DNA of 63,668 bases, filler included, from Octopus bimaculoides (lineage: Eukaryota): NCBI RefSeq assembly GCF_001194135.2. It is 6 parts of 6 records of this genome, joined end to end, with 100 filler letters (N's around TTAATTAATTAA, not from the genome) between each part and the next. Parts side by side here need not be neighbours in the genome. Positions count along the whole stretch, not along the records: positions 44,991 to 63,668 come from NC_068990.1; 5 more parts are not named here. One strand, 5' to 3'. Each line of letters starts with the position of its first letter. The stretch's first letter is position 1. Of the stretch, positions 51,562-63,668 are shown piece after piece. The notes under the pieces are model-generated. The model saw only the letters and a list, made by a program, of their open reading frames with translations, made no database searches and was not told the origin of the DNA. The translations under genes and the position numbers were made by a program.

Positions 51562-51790
51562 CGTTGTTGTTATTAAGTTGGCAAGCTGGCAGAATCATTA
51601 GCCGGGCAAAATGTTTAGCAGTATTTCATGTCTTTACATTCTGAGTTCAAATTCCGACGAGGTCAACTTCGCCTTTCATCCTTTCAGGGCCAATAAATTA
51701 AGTACCAGTTGCGTACTTGGGTCGATCTAATCGACTGCCCCCCTCCCCCAAAATTTCAGGCCTTGTGCCTCTAGTAGAAAAGATTATTAT
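51069..51790 (+). mobile_element. Head-to-tail trimer of tRNA SINEs separated by (ATT)n
   Basis: Units at ~51069-51283, 51314-51523 and 51574-51783, each followed by an (ATT)n run. Confidence 0.88.
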
Positions 51791-53286
51791 TATTATTATT
51801 ATTACTATTATTATTATTATTTGTGTCTGCTACTGACAGAAACTAGCAATAAGATTACGTAAGTCTTGAGTTTATGAAGATAATTAGTTTTTGAGATGGT
51901 TTGCTACATAATGTTGAAAATGTTAGCTTAGNNNNNNNNNNCCCCAGTCACTGATGATATATTTTATTAGGACAAAGGGCAGAAATGTTACGATTTATTG
52001 ATGTTTTGACTGTTTTTCATGTTCATCTTGACCTTTTGGCTGCATTTTCTCTTTAATTATGCTTTAAAACTTTTGTGTAAATTATTTAAAGCTTTGTTTT
52101 ACAATATCCACCATACACTTTCGTGGGGTGGGGATAAATGGGTTTTTTTTGTGTTTTTTATACTTTCAATATTTTGTGGAAGCTCAGGGTGGCACCCTAA
52201 CAAAACCGTTAGCATTGGAAGAAATGCCTTTCAGTATTTCTTCTGGTGTTTTACATTCTGAGATCACATCCTGCTGGGGTTGATGGCATCAACTATCCCC
52301 TCAAATTCACTGGTGCTGCCCTAAATTAGAAGCAGTATTTTGTTAAAGCATGGATAATGGATTGGCTAGGTTGTCACATGACCAATTGATGTATCAATAG
52401 TTTATGTCTTACAGTTGGCAGTGAAATGTGATTGTAGCTAATATTCAAAACTGAAAAATGTCCCAGTCGACAGCATTTTAACATGCACTTTTTCATGCTA
52501 GTCTGGGTCAGATGAGGTTCATTTGAGGTAGGTTTTCTATGGCCAGATGCCCTTCCTGTCACCAACTCTCAACTGTTTCCAAGCAATGGAATATTCCCCC
52601 CTTTGCCAGACATATTTTCCCACAGAAGCTTGAAACGAATGACACTGCTTTTTATGATGGTGATATTCTGTTTTAGTTACCACACAATGTCACTTCAAGA
52701 GGATGGACACAGGGACACACACACATCATCATCATCATCTGTTTGACAGGTGCTGACAAGCCAGAGGGCTGCACTGGGCTCCAGGCATGGTTTCTACAGC
52801 TGAATGCCCTTCCTAATACCAACCACTTTGCAGAGTGTACTGGACCTTTTTGCATGGCCCCAGCATAGCTGCTTTTTACAGACACACACACATATATATA
52901 CTCACACATGTTGGGCTTTTAGTTTCCCTCTTCAACTCTACTCATAAGGCTTTTGTCGGCCCAGGGTGCTATGTTGTGAGACTGAATCCAAAACCTTGTG
53001 CTTGGAAAGCAAACTTCCTATCCACATAGCCACGCCTGTGCCAAATGTGGTACCTTATTGTAGAAAGAACTTACCGCTTCTGACACATTGGTTTCCAAAA
53101 ACGATGTTTTGCAAGATGCAGCAGGCTGAGCCACGAAAATAATATAATTCTATTTAAAATATGGAATACAGTCTTGATAACTATTTACTTACTTGAAGAA
53201 ATATCTCATATTTTTGTAGTTTAAATTATTTATAAGCAAAATATTCAGCTTATATTTGTTGTTGTTTAATACATTCTTTGACTTCC

Positions 53287-53575
53287 ATCATCATCATCAT
53301 CGTTGTTTAACGTCCATTTTCCATGCTAGCATGGGTTGGACGGTTTGACAAAAGTCTGAAAAGCCAGGAGGCTGCACCAGGCTCCAATCTGGTCTGGCAA
53401 TGTTTCTACAGCTGGATGCCCTTCCTAACACCAACCACTCTGAGAGTGTAGTGGGTGCTTTTTACATGCCACCAGCACAGGAGCCAGTCAGGCAGCACTG
53501 GCATTGACCACGTTCGGATGGTGCTTTTTACATGGAGAGCCAGTCAGGGGGCACTGGCATCGGAGCCAGTCAAGG
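53287..53575 (-). mobile_element. (GAT)n-tailed retroposon, same family as 1686
   Basis: Near-colinear with 1686-1920. Confidence 0.8.
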
Positions 53576-53966
53576 GGCATTGACATTTGTTTCCTCTGAA
53601 GTGTGTTTCTAATCAAATTTATGAGCCATCGTTCTGTGTTGTGGGCCTACTTTAAGACAAGTGCTTTGTTGACTTGCAGTGCTGGGTTTAACTCTTCCTA
53701 TTGCTCTCAAGAGACTCAATGACTGAAACAAGTAAAATAGTATATGTATGTATATATATGTAAGTGTATGTGTGTGTGTCTTTGTCTCTGTGTTTCTCCC
53801 TCATCACTGCTTCACAACTGCTGTTCATTTATTTGCATCCCCATAACTTACTGGTTTGACAAGAAGAAACTGATAGAATAAGTACCAGGCTTATCAAAAT
53901 AAAAAAAAAGCACTAGGCAGTGTCTCATATTTTTTCTTGCCCACTCAGTTGTATCTATCAATCTAT

Positions 53967-54039
<73 letters not shown>

Positions 54040-54387
54040 NNNNNNNNNNNNNNNNNNNNNNNNNNNNNNNNNNNNNNNNNNNNNNNNNNNNNNNNNNNNN
54101 NNNNNNNNNNNNNNNNNNNNNNNNNNNNNNNNNNNNNNNNNNNNNNNNNNNNNNNNNNNNNNNNNNNNNNNNNNNNNNNNNNNNNNNNNNNNNNNNNNNN
54201 NNNNNNNNNNNNNNNNNNNNNNNNNNNNNNNNNNNNNNNNNNNNNNNNNNNNNNNNNNNNNNNNNNNNNNNNNNNNNNNNNNNNNNNNNNNNNNNNNNNN
54301 NNNNNNNNNNNNNNNNNNNNNNNNNNNNNNNNNNNNNNNNNNNNNNNNNNNNNNNNNNNNNNNNNNNNNNNNNNNNNNNNNNNNNNC

Positions 54388-55755
54388 CATGGGTAATTGA
54401 CACACATCAAGAAATATTCCACTTCTCATGAGGATTCTAAGACCCCCTAATGGGGGCCTTAACTCCCAAATTTTAGTCATTTTTTATGATCCAAAACTAG
54501 GTTAAAAGTACTGAATGGATCTTTATGAAATTTGGAAATTATATTCTATACATAAGGGCCATAACCCCCATGAAAATTCATATATTTTTGCTGTTGATGA
54601 AATTTTAACCATAGATATTAGACACAAATGAAGTAATATTTCTAAAATTTCATCTTCTTAGAAGTTAGAAAGACCCCTTCATGAGGACTTAACACCCACA
54701 ATTCAGTCATTTTATCTAAGCAAAGATGAATACAGCTGTACTCTTGGAAGCTATAGGGTCACCCAAGCATAAAAGATGAGCGTTATTTGTAATTCAATGG
54801 TGCAACAGTGTAAGAGTTTGCTTTGAGATATACTTACATTATGATTTCTGCTATGTGCTGCATAAATTGTCAAGTAAATGAGAGGCATCTTTGCTTCCAC
54901 TGATTCAGTTGCAAAGTGTTGAGTAAAGTTATTTGCTTGCAGACCTCCTTTCAGTCTTTTTATTATCACTGGGTCACACATAGTCCCCCGATGGTAAAAT
55001 TGATTTCAAGGCCTTCCCAGATGAGTGACTGGTTATTGAAAGACATTTATAGATGGTAAATTTATTCTGTCCAGTTACCTATCAGTATAGTGGTCAGTTG
55101 CAAACTCCAGAGGTGACACATTCATTTCCTCTTAGCCCTCACGTCACACAGTTGTTAATGTTTATTTCAGTTGGGTCATGCCCTTCCAATTGCTATAGAT
55201 CCGTAATGCATCTTATTTCTGTGCCTGTCACCTGTATGGTGAGGAATCCTACATTGGGGAGTAGTAATGACTATGGTAGGGTAGCTGACTGCTTGTGATC
55301 ATTCGTCTTTTGGTTTCCTGTAGCTTTGCTCTCTTTTACAAACCCAGTGAACATGCATATATTTCTTATTTCAAAGAAATTCGAACAATACATATAAGAC
55401 TCAAGTTAAAAAGATTCTCAACAGTTCAACTTCTCTGGTCGACATTAAGACACCCACCCCCCCCAATAGAGGCCTTAACTCCCACATTTTAGAGCTCCAT
55501 GACCTCCATTTTTCAGGAGCAAAATCCTTTTAACAGGTTCCATAAGACTGGAATTTTGGAATCTGCACATAAAGATCAGTAGTATGGGATACATGTGTCA
55601 TGATTAGAATTTTTTTAGGGTGTGTAAAGAGGGAAAGAACCCTCATCTGCAATTTTGATGAAATTCGAATCCAGTTCATTACAGAAAATATTACAAAAAA
55701 ATCTAATTCTTCATCTGCATGTAACATGGGCAACACTAGGTGTCTCTGCTGGTAT
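54388..55755 (+). mobile_element. Possible non-autonomous Helitron-like element(s)
   Basis: Recurrent CCTTAACTCCCA(C/A)ATTTTAG units and GAATGGATCTTTATGAAATTTGG / TTTTGATGAAATT motifs. A degenerate hairpin followed by CTGGT (CTAGT-like) lies at ~55725-55755. Confidence 0.4.
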
Positions 55756-58669
55756 ATAATAAATCTCTGAGCAAGTTATAAAAAGTAGCTGCACGTCCTC
55801 ATGAAGTATATTTGCCACCTAAATGTGGCTAACCCTTAAGGGTCAATGCTACTGTAGCTTGTAGCCCCAGGAGGACTTCTTCTCCAGCTGGCTATTGACA
55901 CACTATCTGTGCCCTATCAGTATTTGCAAAGGGAAGTCATCGTTCCCATCTCCAGCCTGACGTGATACAGATGGACCCGATACATATATATATATTCTTT
56001 TATTCTTTTGTTTAGAAACATTGCCATTTATATTGTTAGATGTCAAAGTCTTGTACATCTATCGGATGTTTATTGTTATTCTTATTTGTTCTTGAGTGAC
56101 AATAATGAGGTCATAGATGCGTGACAAATAATAGATTTCACACCTAATACTATATATATATATGACGAACGATATATATATATGTGTGTGTTTGTGTTTC
56201 TATAATATAAATTGGACATGGGCGATCGTTGTATTCTTTCTTGTCTTGATGTTGACAGCCAAATGGCTGGGTGGATTTACATGAAAAATGGCACACATGT
56301 GGAGACATGTGCATAGATTGGAATGTGGTTTGTACTTTTTTCCTAGCTCCCATAGTTACCAAGAAAATCGATTAAAACTTTTTCCAATGAAATTCACCTG
56401 ATTCTTCCGCCATTAAAACAACCAGTTGCTCACACAGCCGACATATACCATTTCGCTAGCAACAAGGGGAGTACAGGATGACAGTCAGCCAAAACTTTCG
56501 CTATGCTATCTCTCTTCTTTCACCTCTTTGTGGGGCTAATAATCTTCATCTTTAGTTACAGTTTCTCATTCAAACTACATAATAGGCAGAATTGTTGGAT
56601 TAAACAGTTGGGTGTTTTGAGGGAGATTTGGCTGCTATTTCTACCAGGTCTAGCTACCATGTAGAGTTCTGATTTAATTTTCATTCACATATTTGCATTT
56701 CAAAAAGTTAACATAATCTTTTCCATAAATCAACTATTGTAAAAATTTTCTACCATGACCTCACATTTTCTATGTATGTGTTTGTACCTTAAAAGATGTG
56801 AATAGACAGAGGTCCAATAGAATAGCGCTCAGGAACAGATTATGTACAAATTCTTTCTTCACTACTCCTGAAGCTATTTTCTGACAAGTGGTGGTGGTGG
56901 GGGCAGGAAATTTTCATACAGCTGGAGGCTCCAATCAAAACAGGGGACCCGAAATGGTAAGATTGAAAAACGCTGTTATAGATTATGCCTAACCAAAAAC
57001 GGTCACAGCCACATCATCCAAACAGACTGGGTGAAACCGGGCTTAGCTGCTAGTATATATATATGTGTGTGTATGTATATATTTACACCACCTGTCCTCA
57101 TCTGTTGTTTTTTTTCGTACATTCTTCCATATATANNNNNNNNNNNNNNNNNNNNNNNNNNNNNNNNNNNNNNNNNNNNNNNNNNNNNNNNNNNNNNNNN
57201 NNNNNNNNNNNNNNNNNNNNNNNNNNNNNNNNNNNNNNNNNNNNNNNNNNNNNNNNNNNNNNNNNNNNNNNNNNNNNNNNNNNNNNNNNNNNNNNNNNNN
57301 NNNNNNNNNNNNNNNNNNNNNNNNNNNNNNNNNNNNNNNNNNNNNNNNNNNNNNNNNNNNNNNNNNNNNNNNNNNNNNNNNNNNNNNNNNNNNNNNNNNN
57401 NNNNNNNNNNNNNNNNNNNNNNNNNNNNNNNNNNNNNNNNNNNNNNNNNNNNNNNNNNNNNNNNNNNNNNNNNNNNNNNNNNNNNNNNNNNNNNNNNNNN
57501 NNNNNNNNNNNNNNNNNNNNNNNNNNNNNNNNNNNNNNNNNNNNNNNNNNNNNNNNNNNNNNNNNNNNNNNNNNNNNNNNNNNNNNNNNNNNNNNNNNGC
57601 TCATGATTGCAAGGTCGTGAGTTTAATTCACAGCTGTGCATTGTGTCCATAAATGCAACATTTTCACATTGTTCCAGTCCACTCAGCTGGCAAAGGTGAG
57701 TTGTACCTGTAATTCAGAGTGTGGGGGGGGGGGCAGCCTTGTCACATTATGTCATGTTGAATCTCCCTAAGAACTACGCTAAAAGTATGCATGTCTGTGG
57801 AGTACTCGGCCATTTGCACATTAATTTCACGTGCAGGTAGTTCCATTGATCACATCAACTGGAACATTCTTTATCATCACCAACAGAGAACCAGACAGAT
57901 GCACACACACACACACACACACTCTTGTACAATGACTCACATATCTATTTTTAAGACATTCCACCAGATTTGAATGCAAAATATGCTAATTGCTGTTGTG
58001 TATGTCACAGGAGAACAATAGCAATGTCTTCATAACACACTCAGCTCAATGGTGCATTGATGAGGATGATGATGATGATATATTTTATCATCATTTTAAT
58101 GTCTGCTTTTCCATGCTTGCTTGGGTTGAACAAAATTTGTTGTGTATTTTCTTTGGCTGGATGCTCTTCCTGTTGTCTACCCTTACCTGTTTCCAAGCAA
58201 GGTAGTTTTTACCTTTTGGCCAGGAATGTTTTCCACATAAGATTGGAAACCGAGGACATAGCTTATATGACAGTGACCCTTGCTTGCGATTAACTTGCAG
58301 TACCAGTTACATTATGAAATAATAAGTCTGCGTTAGCCATAAGGGCTTGAAGAGATGCTGGAAAAAGCAAGGTGACTTTATAACAGGGAGATACGTCTTA
58401 GATAGACGTGGGGTGAGATAGAGAACATATACAAAGAAGAAGGGCGGGGTGAAAACCACACGGTATATAATTGGAGGAATTAGAGATTTTATAAAACACA
58501 ATTGAATATAAAACACGATTAAAAGGAAATATATATAAAATTTAAACAGCATCTTCTTCCACTAATTGGGATACATGTTTCCTTGACAACACTTGTGATA
58601 TTCTTTCAAGGTTGGAAATAATTCCAAAACCTTCCCTGAAGAGTTCTTGTGTTACATTGGACAAGGAAG

Positions 58670-58950
58670 GGGATCACAGTCTTCTAGATCATTGGAATAT
58701 AACGCGATCACATGACTGAACAGACTATCAGATGTTGTTACACATCGCTGATCATTTTAGCTTTCAAATGACACCACCTTGTTGGCTGGGTGAGCAGGTC
58801 AACATTCCCTCCGGGTTGAAAGGGGAATTGAAACAATATGAAATGAAGTATTTTGATCAAGAACCCAACAAGCCACCCAATGTGGGAACTGAACTTACAG
58901 TCTTGTGATCATGAGTGCAACACCCTAATCACTGGGCCATGCATCTTCAC
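58670..58950 (-). mobile_element. tRNA-derived SINE (further family)
   Basis: Minus strand head GCATGGCCCAGTGATTAGGGTG (box A) ... AAGTTCAGTTCCC (box B). Confidence 0.7.
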
Positions 58951-59080
58951 CATTGAAATATTTCATAAAGTCAGATTTGAACTATTATTCAGTTGTTTTT
59001 CTGCTCTTTAAAATGCAATTCCATTTCCTCCTCAATCTCTGTTTCATTTTTGGATATTTCTTGGATATATAATGTGTAAG

Positions 59081-59402
59081 TTCTGTTGTGTCTGCTGAGA
59101 GTCATTCTCTTTTGGTGCCTTATAATTTAACACACTCACTGGTAAAATTTCCACTTATTTCTTTTTCTTTTTTTTTTCTAACATTTTTATTGCGTCTTGC
59201 AACCTTTTCAATAGTTTAAAGTCCCTTTTCCATGCTTGCATGTGTTGGACGGTTTGACTGGGGTCTGGGAAGATAGGAGGCTGCACCAGGCCCCAATCTG
59301 ATCTGGCAGTGTTTCTACAAAGAAATAAATGGAAATTTTGCCTGTGAGTGTGTTGAATTATAAGGCACCAAAAGAGAATGACTCTCCCCAGACACAACAG
59401 AA
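59081..59402. repeat. 83-bp inverted repeat with 156-nt spacer
   Basis: 59081-59163 versus the reverse complement of 59320-59402: 77/83 identical. Confidence 0.93.
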
Positions 59403-60880
59403 TATGCTTCAACACACGAACTCACACAAAGAATCTTGCAAACCAAATCCGAAAACGAAATAATGTGTAAGTGTTTCATTAGAAATCTATCATTTTTGCA
59501 AATAGTTGTGAATTTCACTCAGTGCAGCTCAAGGGTGAGTTCCACCTCACATAACATTGGATCTTCATAAGACATAGATTTCTCCTCAACAAAAGAGTTT
59601 CTCTTTTCCAGGAGGGGTACTCAGCCATTTCGTATTTCATTTTACAGCTTTTTTGATTTTTTTTCTTTTTTTTCCATTGGGTCTTTAAACTTTTTTTCTA
59701 GTCTTATCCCCTTCAACTTGTTTTTGGTTCTCTTCCTCATAAGTAAATGGGCTGATGCTGCTGTAAGGGCTTTGGTTGCTGCAGTTGGCTCTCCTTGCCT
59801 TCACTGGTTATGGCTGGGAGAAGGGGCTTTGGAATTTCCTAGCTGATTCCTGTTAATGAAGATGCAGCAGTTTCGGAGAGCTGCGTCTGGTGTCTCTTTC
59901 ATATTTTGTTCCTGGTTTTGTTCTTTGGGACTTTTCATGCAGAAAACTCTTGGATCAATTTCGCTTCTGTATATGTAACAATTGGGCTGTATTTCTTAGA
60001 TGCCAAGTTTTTAGGTCTTCCTCATTCCACCCTCTGTTCATTCTGGTCTTGCAGAGTCATGACAACTTCTATGTCCATAGTGGTCCCAATTGACCACATA
60101 TCATCACTGACCACCTTCCGATATTGTCCCACGAAGGTGACACCTAACCAGAAACCAACACCATCACTGATGAATGTCCTTGACATTTTTACATTTTGAG
60201 TTCAAATCTCACCACGGTCAACTTTGCCTTTCATCCTTTCAAGGTCAATAAAGTACCAGTCATGTACTCGGGGAGGGTGGGGTTGAACATATCAAATTAC
60301 CCCCTTTCCCTTTACCTAAATCACAAACCATTATTCACTTTCACCAAAGTAGACTTTGCCTTTTGTCATTCCAGGGTCAATGAAATAAGTACCACTTAAA
60401 TACTGGTGTTGATGTAATCGACTCCCCCCCCCCCCCGAAATTGCTGACTTTGTACCTAAATCAGAAACCATTAATTAGTTATGAATAGACAAGTCATCAA
60501 TTACTACAGATATGAATGGAAGTGAGGTGTGTGTTTGTCAGGATTAAATATAAACACTGCTTCTGTAGGTTAACCATTCTGTGTTGTGTTGTGTGTGTGT
60601 TGTAGTTGGTTTAATTCTGTTGCCCTTCCCTACAAACCGTAGCTGCTATACAATTGCTCATAAAGTCTATATGTGTGTGGTTTTCTTTGAGCAATATTTT
60701 CACTTTTGTGACTAGAATCTTTCGCTAATTAAAACAGTTTCCACTTAAAAGCAGGTGTTAATCTTGCCATTAAAGTGGCTTTAGTAGTTTAGTGTGGGAG
60801 GTAGAGTAAAACACAGGACCTCAGGTAGGATTTAACTGAAATATTTCATTACTCATGCTTCTACATGTTTAAAAAATATC

Positions 60881-61285
60881 AGTGGCTGTGCGGTAAGTAG
60901 CTTGTTTACGAACCACATGGTTCCGGGTTCAGTCCCACTGCGTGGCACCTTGGGCAAGTGTCTTCTTCTATAGCCTCGGGCCAATCAAAGCTTTGTTAGT
61001 GGATTTGGTAGACGGAAACTGAAAGAAGCTCGTCGTATATATGCATATGTATGTATGTATGTGTGCGTGTATATGTTTGTGTGTCTGTGTTTGTACCCCC
61101 AACATCGCTTGACAACCGATGCTGGTGTGTTTACATCCCCGTGACTTAGCGGTTCGGCAAAGAGGACCGATAGAATAAGTACTAGGCTTACAAAGAATAA
61201 GTCCTGGGGTCGATTTGCTTGACTAAAAAGGTGATGCTCCAGCATGGCCACAGTCAAATGACTGAAACAAGTAATAGAGTAAAAG
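60881..61285 (+). mobile_element. Near full-length CORE-like tRNA SINE
   Basis: GTGGCTGTGCGGTAAG, GGGTTCAGTCCC, GGCACCTTGGGCAAGTG, internal microsatellite and 3' tail. Confidence 0.9.
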
Positions 61286-62214
61286 AGAGAGAGAGAGAGA
61301 TTTATGGGAATTGGGGTGGGAGATATTAAGCATTGGAGTGTCTCTGCTCTTCTAAAATTAGCCAAAAAAAAAAATTGTAGTGATTGTAAACTTTGTGAAA
61401 AAGAAACATGATGAGTGTTGTTATATTTGAACTCCTAATCATGATGTTTAGCCCCCAAGTCAGCACCAATCCTACATGTCTATGGCCAAAGACATTCTGT
61501 CTGTGACCCTCCTGCCTTTTTGTATACCAGAGACTTTATTGTCAGTGCAATTCATTTTCTTTTTAAATCATTTTGCTACCAACCTGCCCATGACCACCCC
61601 TGCTTTTATGATACAAACTTTCAGCTTTAAAGTGCTTAATAGTGACAGTTATTTTACAAAATTCTTTATCATTTTCAAATAACAAATCAACTGAAACAGA
61701 AACATTAGTAACATAAGGGTTAACACTGTAGGGTGGAATTTGAGGGAGATTTTGCTGTTATTTCTAGCAGGTTGTGTACACAAAAGGCTTCTTTACACAT
61801 AATGAGCAATTCAGTAACTGTGCCTGTTTTGGTGTGTGCACATTAGATGTGTGTGTGTAGTAGACATCATCCATTGCCTGGTCCTTGAGTAACACAGTCC
61901 ATTCCATTACAAGCATTGGAATCAGGTCTCCATTACAAGGAAACATTGTTCTCTTCCCTCCTGCCAGTCTCAGGGATCCTGAAAAAGGGCCCTAGATATT
62001 TCTGTTTCTCTTTCGACTGACCCAGTGGACATCCAGGAGTCATGACTCGGATGTGGCCCAACCCCCCTTTGAGTGTCAGGAGTTAAGGGCCGAAACACTT
62101 GCCTAAAGGGGGTTTCTCCTGAGGACCACCTGCTGTTACGCTCTCCTGTTATGCTCTTCTGTTTCTCTTTCGACTGACCCATTAAATATTAAAAAAATGA
62201 TTAGCATAATCAAA

Positions 62215-62628
62215 ATCAAATCAAATGGAAATTATAGTTGTTGCCAATACCAGTGCCACCTGACTGGCTCCCATGGGTCATTGCCAGTACTGCCTGATTG
62301 GTTCCCTGTGCTGGTGGCAGGTAAAAAGCACCATCCAAATGTGGTCAATGCCAGCCCCCACATCCTAACAGGCTCCTGTGCTGGTGGCATGCAAGAAGCA
62401 CCATCTGAACGTGGCCAATGCCAGTACCACCTGACTGACTCCCATGCTGGTGGCACATAAAAAGCACCCACTACACTCTGAGTGGTCAGCATTTGGAAGG
62501 GCATCCAGCTGCAGAAACCTTACCAGATCAGATTGGAACCTGGTGCAGCTTCCTGGCTCGCTAGTCCCCAGTCAAACTGTCCAGCCCATGACAGCATGGA
62601 AAGCGGACGTTAAACGATGATGATGATG
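62215..62628 (+). mobile_element. (GAT)n-tailed retroposon with internal CCAGTRCCACCTGACTGRCTCCC duplications
   Basis: Reverse orientation of the 1686 family; ends GCGGACGTTAAACGATGATGATG. Confidence 0.8.
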
Positions 62629-63298
62629 GTAATGAATTTAAGTGTTTGCTGCTCAGCCCCAGACTTAAGAACAAAAACCATGACCTGAGTTTTTACTTCT
62701 TTTGGAAAGAGAACACTTCCAGGGGTGTGTGTTTTTAGTGTGTTTCTTTTTTCCTACAGCAGTGATTTGAAAAATATTTGGCTGCTATTTTGAGCAAGTT
62801 GAGCAACCATATAGAGCAGGAGTGTAGGAACCTTGGACTTAAGGGTGAAATTTTACTCAAAGTCCTTTTCAAAACTACTGACCAAGTCCCTAAAAAGCCT
62901 TTTGAAAATGTTTAAAACTTCAGACCAAATAATTTAATTCTTCTGTTACTATATTCCTGTTGAAATACACTGCTTTTGTTTCAGTTAATTTATTGGTTTC
63001 AAATTTTGACACAAGGCCAGCAATTTTAGGGGAGGAGTAAATCGCTTACATAACCCCCAGTACACAGCTGGTATTTATTTTATCGACTCCAAAAGGATTA
63101 AAGGTAAAGTCAATGATTCTGCCAGCTTGCTACTTCTTTGTTTCAATTAATTTATTAAAATGATTTTTATCATTACCAAGCTGGTGTATTCGAATGTAAA
63201 TCAACTTCGATCATTTAAAAACACAAAGTCTGTATCATAAAACCCTGGTCAGTCTCTGGTGGGTTGGCATCAAAAGGGTTAATAATGTTTAACCATTA

Positions 63299-63668
63299 TC
63301 TATATATATATAAAAATGAGAATGTGTGTCTGTCTGTCTGTGTGTGTGTATCCCTAAAACTCGAGAACTACGCAACCAATTTCATTCAAATTTTACAGAT
63401 GCCTTACTTAGGGTTCCAGTTGTGTTTTAGTCAAAAAATTTTTTTAACTTCTTGCAGAGTTCGAGCCCACGGCAACATAATATCTCCTCCAGTATTTAAG
63501 TATTACGTGTCAAAAGTGAAACAAAAACACTCATGTCAAATACTTTCACTTTAAAAATGAAACTATTCCACTAACTGAAACAATCACATTTCGATACTGT
63601 AATGACAGATACTTTCAGAGAGAGAGATGTATATGTATATAGATGTATATGTACACGTATATGTATAG
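63299..63668 (+). mobile_element. 5' end of a non-autonomous Helitron-like element
   Basis: A|TCTATATATATATAAAA start, (GTCT)n microsatellite, then AACTACGCAACCAATTTCATTCAAATTT. This layout is typical of non-autonomous rolling-circle elements. Confidence 0.55.

Noticed and set aside
59400-60170. Minus-strand coding remnant (possible LINE ORF1)
   Set aside because: It has multiple stops and no motif I can name, so it is left unassigned.
60167-60190. CTGATGA followed by a hairpin
   Set aside because: No GAAA follows, and the sequence runs into a SINE.
61576-61610. TNLPMTTP as SNX3 exon 2
   Set aside because: There is no AG acceptor before ACC, and the downstream residues do not match KESxVRRRYSDF.

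Overview
Repeat-rich, AT-rich animal genomic DNA with many N gaps. The SINE families and microsatellite load suggest an octopus or other coleoid cephalopod (inference, no search run). The window is not one contig: five 100-nt spacers (44 N + TTAATTAATTAA + 44 N) split it into six scaffolded pieces. Two protein-coding loci are supported. (1) A 990-aa intronless TRIM-NHL-type E3 ligase on the minus strand (29298-32270), whose RING finger is split by 277 aa of mostly low-complexity sequence between zinc ligands 6 and 7. (2) Exon 1 of a sorting nexin 3/12 orthologue on the plus strand (45433-45585); I could not find its later exons. The rest is microsatellites, tRNA-derived SINEs and relics of CR1/L2, RTE, Tx1/L1, Penelope, mariner and Helitron-like elements. 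Several minimal type I hammerhead ribozyme motifs are present. One has a complete core and lies in sense orientation in SNX3 intron 1. Two others form an inverted pair whose six arm differences are all G-U wobbles on the + strand and read as A-to-G against the ribozyme consensus. A CpG-rich to CpG-poor switch near 50 kb fits gene-body methylation. Nearly all other ORFs in the supplied track are microsatellite or N-gap artefacts.
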